From the IMG/VR virus record IMGVR_UViG_3300018022_000004: 24,724 bases of DNA; one strand, given 5' to 3'. This document shows, piece by piece, positions 23,200 through 24,724 of the stretch; positions within the stretch are counted from its first letter, which is position 1; each line of letters opens with the position of its first letter. Made by a program: the position numbers and the translations under genes. The DNA is from a virus. The notes under the pieces are model-generated. The model was not told the origin of the DNA and did not search any database. It saw only the letters and a list, made by a program, of their open reading frames with translations.

Positions 23200-24318
23200 A
23201 TGGCGGAAGAGAAGCAGTCCATGACGAACCTGTACTTCGACTACTCGGGGGGGAGGGAGAACGCCCCCACCCTTACCGCCATGGTCGGGGCGGCAGGCTC
23301 GGGGAAGTCCACCGTCGCCCGGAGCGTGGTGAACTGGCATGCGGGGAGGACCGTCCGTGTGAACCGGGACACCCTCCGTGCCATGCTGTACTGCGACTCC
23401 CCCTGGAACAACTCCAAGGAGCAGGTGATACGGCGTCTGGAGGAGGAGACCGTCCGCCTGCTGCTCAGCATGGGCGTGGACGTCATCGTGGACGACACCA
23501 ACTGCTCCGCCCGCACACGGCACAAGCTGGAGCAGATAGCCAGGGCCTCCAGAGCAAGGTTCCACCTGGAGATAATGAACACGGACAAGGCGGAGTGCCT
23601 GAGGCGCAACGCCCTGCGTGAGGGCAGGGAGCGGGTGCCCGACGAGGCCGTGGAGCAGCACTTCAAGAGGCTGGCGGCAGGAGCGCCCGTGGTCCCGGCA
23701 GGGTACGCCCTGGGGGGCGAGAACCGGGCGGTGGACGACTGGGAGGACCTCCTGGAGGGTACCCTGGTACTGCGCCTCCCGGACGCCGCTATCGTCATCT
23801 GCGACATCGACGGGACGGCTGCGGACCACGAGGGCGTCAGGGACCCTTTCGACGAGACGAGGGTGCTGCTGGACAGGCCCCGTGAGGGCGTGGCAAGGTG
23901 GCTGAGGGGGCTGTACCCATCCTACAATATATTCCTGTTCAGCGGCCGGCACAGCTCGGTCTACGTGAAGGCCGGCGGGCAGGAGCAGGAGGTCAACGTC
24001 TGCAAGGACACCTGCGACTGGTTCGAGGCCTACGGGATACCCTTCGACCATATACTCATGCGCCCCGAGGGGTCGTCCGCCAGCGACCATATCGTGAAGC
24101 AGCGGATGCTGGACGCCCTGCTCAAGGCGTTCCCGAAGGAGCGCATCGCCTTCGCCATCGACGACCGCTGGAAGATAGTGGAGCAGGTATGGAGGGCGAA
24201 CGGCATCAAGGTGTACCCTGTGGGGGGCATCCCCGTCCATGGGGACAACTGCACGTTCAGCCCTGAGAAGAGGGGCTGGAGGCACTGCCCGCAGTGCGGT
24301 GCCCTGGAGGACTTCTGA
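23200..24318 (+). CDS. pseT: Polynucleotide 5'-kinase / 3'-phosphatase (T4 Pnkp-like) with C-terminal Zn ribbon
   Basis: P-loop GAAGSGKST, NRD.LR, VIVDDTN and RN..R; HAD motifs DIDGT, SGR, K and IDDR; tail H..C...CPQC. Confidence 0.9.
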   Translation: MAEEKQSMTNLYFDYSGGRENAPTLTAMVGAAGSGKSTVARSVVNWHAGRTVRVNRDTLRAMLYCDSPWNNSKEQVIRRLEEETVRLLLSMGVDVIVDDTNCSARTRHKLEQIARASRARFHLEIMNTDKAECLRRNALREGRERVPDEAVEQHFKRLAAGAPVVPAGYALGGENRAVDDWEDLLEGTLVLRLPDAAIVICDIDGTAADHEGVRDPFDETRVLLDRPREGVARWLRGLYPSYNIFLFSGRHSSVYVKAGGQEQEVNVCKDTCDWFEAYGIPFDHILMRPEGSSASDHIVKQRMLDALLKAFPKERIAFAIDDRWKIVEQVWRANGIKVYPVGGIPVHGDNCTFSPEKRGWRHCPQCGALEDF

Positions 24319-24584
24319 TGGATATAGGCAGTAGGACGCTGGTCCTGGTAGCGGCCCTCGTGGCCGGTCTGCCCAACATCAGGACACTGGGCAACCTCCA
24401 GGCGGGGGACAGGGGGCACCCCGAGGCCCTCAGGTTCGACTGGCAGGGCAGGAGGTACAGGACAAGGCTTATCAGGGGCAAGGCATACGCCGAGACTGTC
24501 GTCGGGCGTATCCTGGAGTCCGGCCCTGACTCCAGGACGATGGAGAAGTACCTGGACAATGGCCTCAGGAAGGTGCTGGCATGA
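24318..24584 (+). CDS. Hypothetical protein (88 aa)
   Basis: TGATG overlap with the pseT stop; its stop overlaps the next start. Confidence 0.65.
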   Translation: MDIGSRTLVLVAALVAGLPNIRTLGNLQAGDRGHPEALRFDWQGRRYRTRLIRGKAYAETVVGRILESGPDSRTMEKYLDNGLRKVLA

Positions 24585-24724
24585 AGCGGGTATACAGTAT
24601 AAGGCAGGGCACCAACGTCCTGGAGCTGACAGACACGGTCAACCAGGACATGATGAGGGGCTGGAAGCCACAGGGCGGGGTATGCGTGGCCGTCCTGCCT
24701 CCCGATTATAGCCCTATGTTCCTC
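24581..24724 (+). CDS. DUF1737-like small protein, partial
   Basis: MKRVYSIRQGTNVLELTDTVNQDMMRGWKPQGGV (Y...L...VN.....GW.PQGG pattern); runs off the window. Confidence 0.6.
   Translation, partial: MKRVYSIRQGTNVLELTDTVNQDMMRGWKPQGGVCVAVLPPDYSPMFL

Overview
High-GC (roughly two-thirds G+C by eye), densely packed segment that reads as part of a large lytic bacteriophage genome; no host housekeeping context is visible. The left half (957-11157, minus strand) is a tightly packed, partly overlapping operon of probable virion/head-associated proteins. Three of them (793, 1433 and 596 aa) look like strings of small modules, many of them Cys/His zinc-binding, separated by a recurring K-x-A motif; a lower-GC free-standing HNH endonuclease is wedged into this operon. 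The right half (plus strand) carries a sigma70-like factor, a DUF6899-like protein, a nucleoside 2-deoxyribosyltransferase, RNase HII, a stand-alone Topo VI-A/Spo11-like TOPRIM protein, a radical SAM protein, a tandem pair of ~750-800 aa paralogs with GRWPELE repeats and a short shared N-terminal leader, a DUF6166-like protein, peptide deformylase, a structured RNA region with a CAU-anticodon tRNA-like element with a truncated D-arm, a T4 Pnkp-like kinase/phosphatase and several small ORFs. A fixed-spacing bipartite promoter motif (TCCCCRG..-N18-GTATWNT) recurs upstream of several genes, some apparently leaderless. The best candidate for an undescribed system is a protease-processed polyprotein cargo scheme, in which K-x-A-delimited mini-domains are packaged in the capsid. 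Bases ~50-204 look like a sequencing/assembly artefact. All family calls are from recalled motifs, not from database searches.
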